From Octopus bimaculoides (lineage: Eukaryota): DNA of 32,050 nucleotides. The position numbers and the translations under genes were made by a program. Where the stretch lies: positions 109,442,328 through 109,474,377 of the forward strand of contig NC_068987.1 of assembly GCF_001194135.2 (NCBI RefSeq), given 5' to 3'. The notes below the pieces were generated by a model. It was not told the DNA's origin. It searched no databases and saw only the letters and a list, made by a program, of their open reading frames with translations. This document shows positions 31,048 to 32,050 of the stretch, in pieces. How positions within the stretch are numbered: position 1 is the first letter of the stretch; every line of letters starts with the position of its first letter.

Positions 31048-31409
31048 TATATATATTTAGGAGAAGAAAATGGATATAATAACAATGGGAAACTCTTGGT
31101 TTTCGCTAGTATGTCTTTAATTAAATAGATAACAGAGGAAGAAGCAGAGATGAGGGTAGCATATACGATTTAAACCCCTCTGAGTGATACCTACACTAGA
31201 TATATATATATATATATGGTGACTATACACAGTCTCATATAAACATTTACATACGTAAAAACTTTATTCTATTTTTGCCAATGGTGTTTTTTTCACTTGT
31301 GCTATTATTACCGTTCGCCGATAAAAGAGATCTATATTTATACATTTCTCGGAAATGAGTTGAATGCTGCTTTCACTATTTAAGTTGCGTAGGTAGTGAC
31401 ATTTTCACT

Positions 31410-32050
31410 GTGTCTGCATTTCAGGAACAACAACAAATTGTAAATTCTAGTGCAAACTGCATCGTCACAGGTACAGAAGTTTGATTTTATGTATAAATTT
31501 TTGAGGATGTATACGTGTGCATTAGTGTATATTTTAATAACTCATTTTAATATAGTTTGCCGGTAGAAAAAAAAAGAAAAATAACTGAAAGTTTGGCACA
31601 CTTTACCCGAGTGTGACACCCACCTCAACGATTTTATTTCCTCATAACTTTCAGAAAAATGGGTGTTTCTAACGAAAAGTTTTGCAATTACCTTTCTGAT
31701 GGTGCATATTGGAATTTATTGTGAATAATAATAATAATAATTAATTCGTTTTATTGGCCACAAGGGCTAATATCAATTAAAAACATATAAGGACAAAGAC
31801 AGGACGAAGGTTACAAAAGGTTTTGTCCGAAAAGGTAGGAAAGTTCGTCTAAAGAGGAAGAAAACGGAGAAAGATATAATAAATAAATAGATAAATAAAT
31901 AAGTAGAACTCCCAAAGGGGGAGGCGCTTCGAAAAAGGAAAGGTTACACGTGGAAAAACCCATAAAACCACGGGAGCCTGATCAGAAAAAATAAGAAAGG
32001 GGTGTAGAGCCCTTTCTCCTTTTACATTACCTTTTTTTTTCTCTACAGGT
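31410..32050 (+). other. Possible 5' exons of a plus-strand gene continuing beyond the window
   Basis: Acceptor-like tctgcatttcAG (31424), donor-like cag|GTACAG (31471), and a strong polypyrimidine tract plus cAG at 32048. No coding evidence. Confidence 0.25.

Overview
AT-rich, repeat-dense animal genomic DNA with four assembly gaps. It is most likely an octopus/coleoid cephalopod, inferred from the SINE/RTE families and the '[17 protein letters not shown]'-type C2H2 arrays. Host genes: (i) two tandem paralogous C2H2 zinc-finger genes on the minus strand, one intact (12045-13160, 12 finger units, one dead) and one broken by a 2-bp deletion (2179-2950); both share a predicted non-coding first exon, intron and ETS-type promoter motif; (ii) a BCAP31/BAP29-family gene with an intronless CDS (24669-25418, minus). 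The rest is mostly transposon debris: tRNA-derived SINEs, RTE LINE fragments, a CRE-like RLE retrotransposon fragment, a Penelope-like element interrupted by a mariner, and Tc2-, piggyBac-, hAT- and mariner-type MITEs. The most unusual items are a multi-copy foldback element with a central loop-less (TAACCC)n/(GGGTTA)n telomeric palindrome, whole-finger shuffling between the ZF paralogues, a conserved non-KRAB N-terminal leader, a MITE inserted next to a splice donor with an empty site in the paralogue, and hammerhead-ribozyme-like relics. Repeat boundaries are approximate and all family assignments come from visual motif recognition, not database searches.
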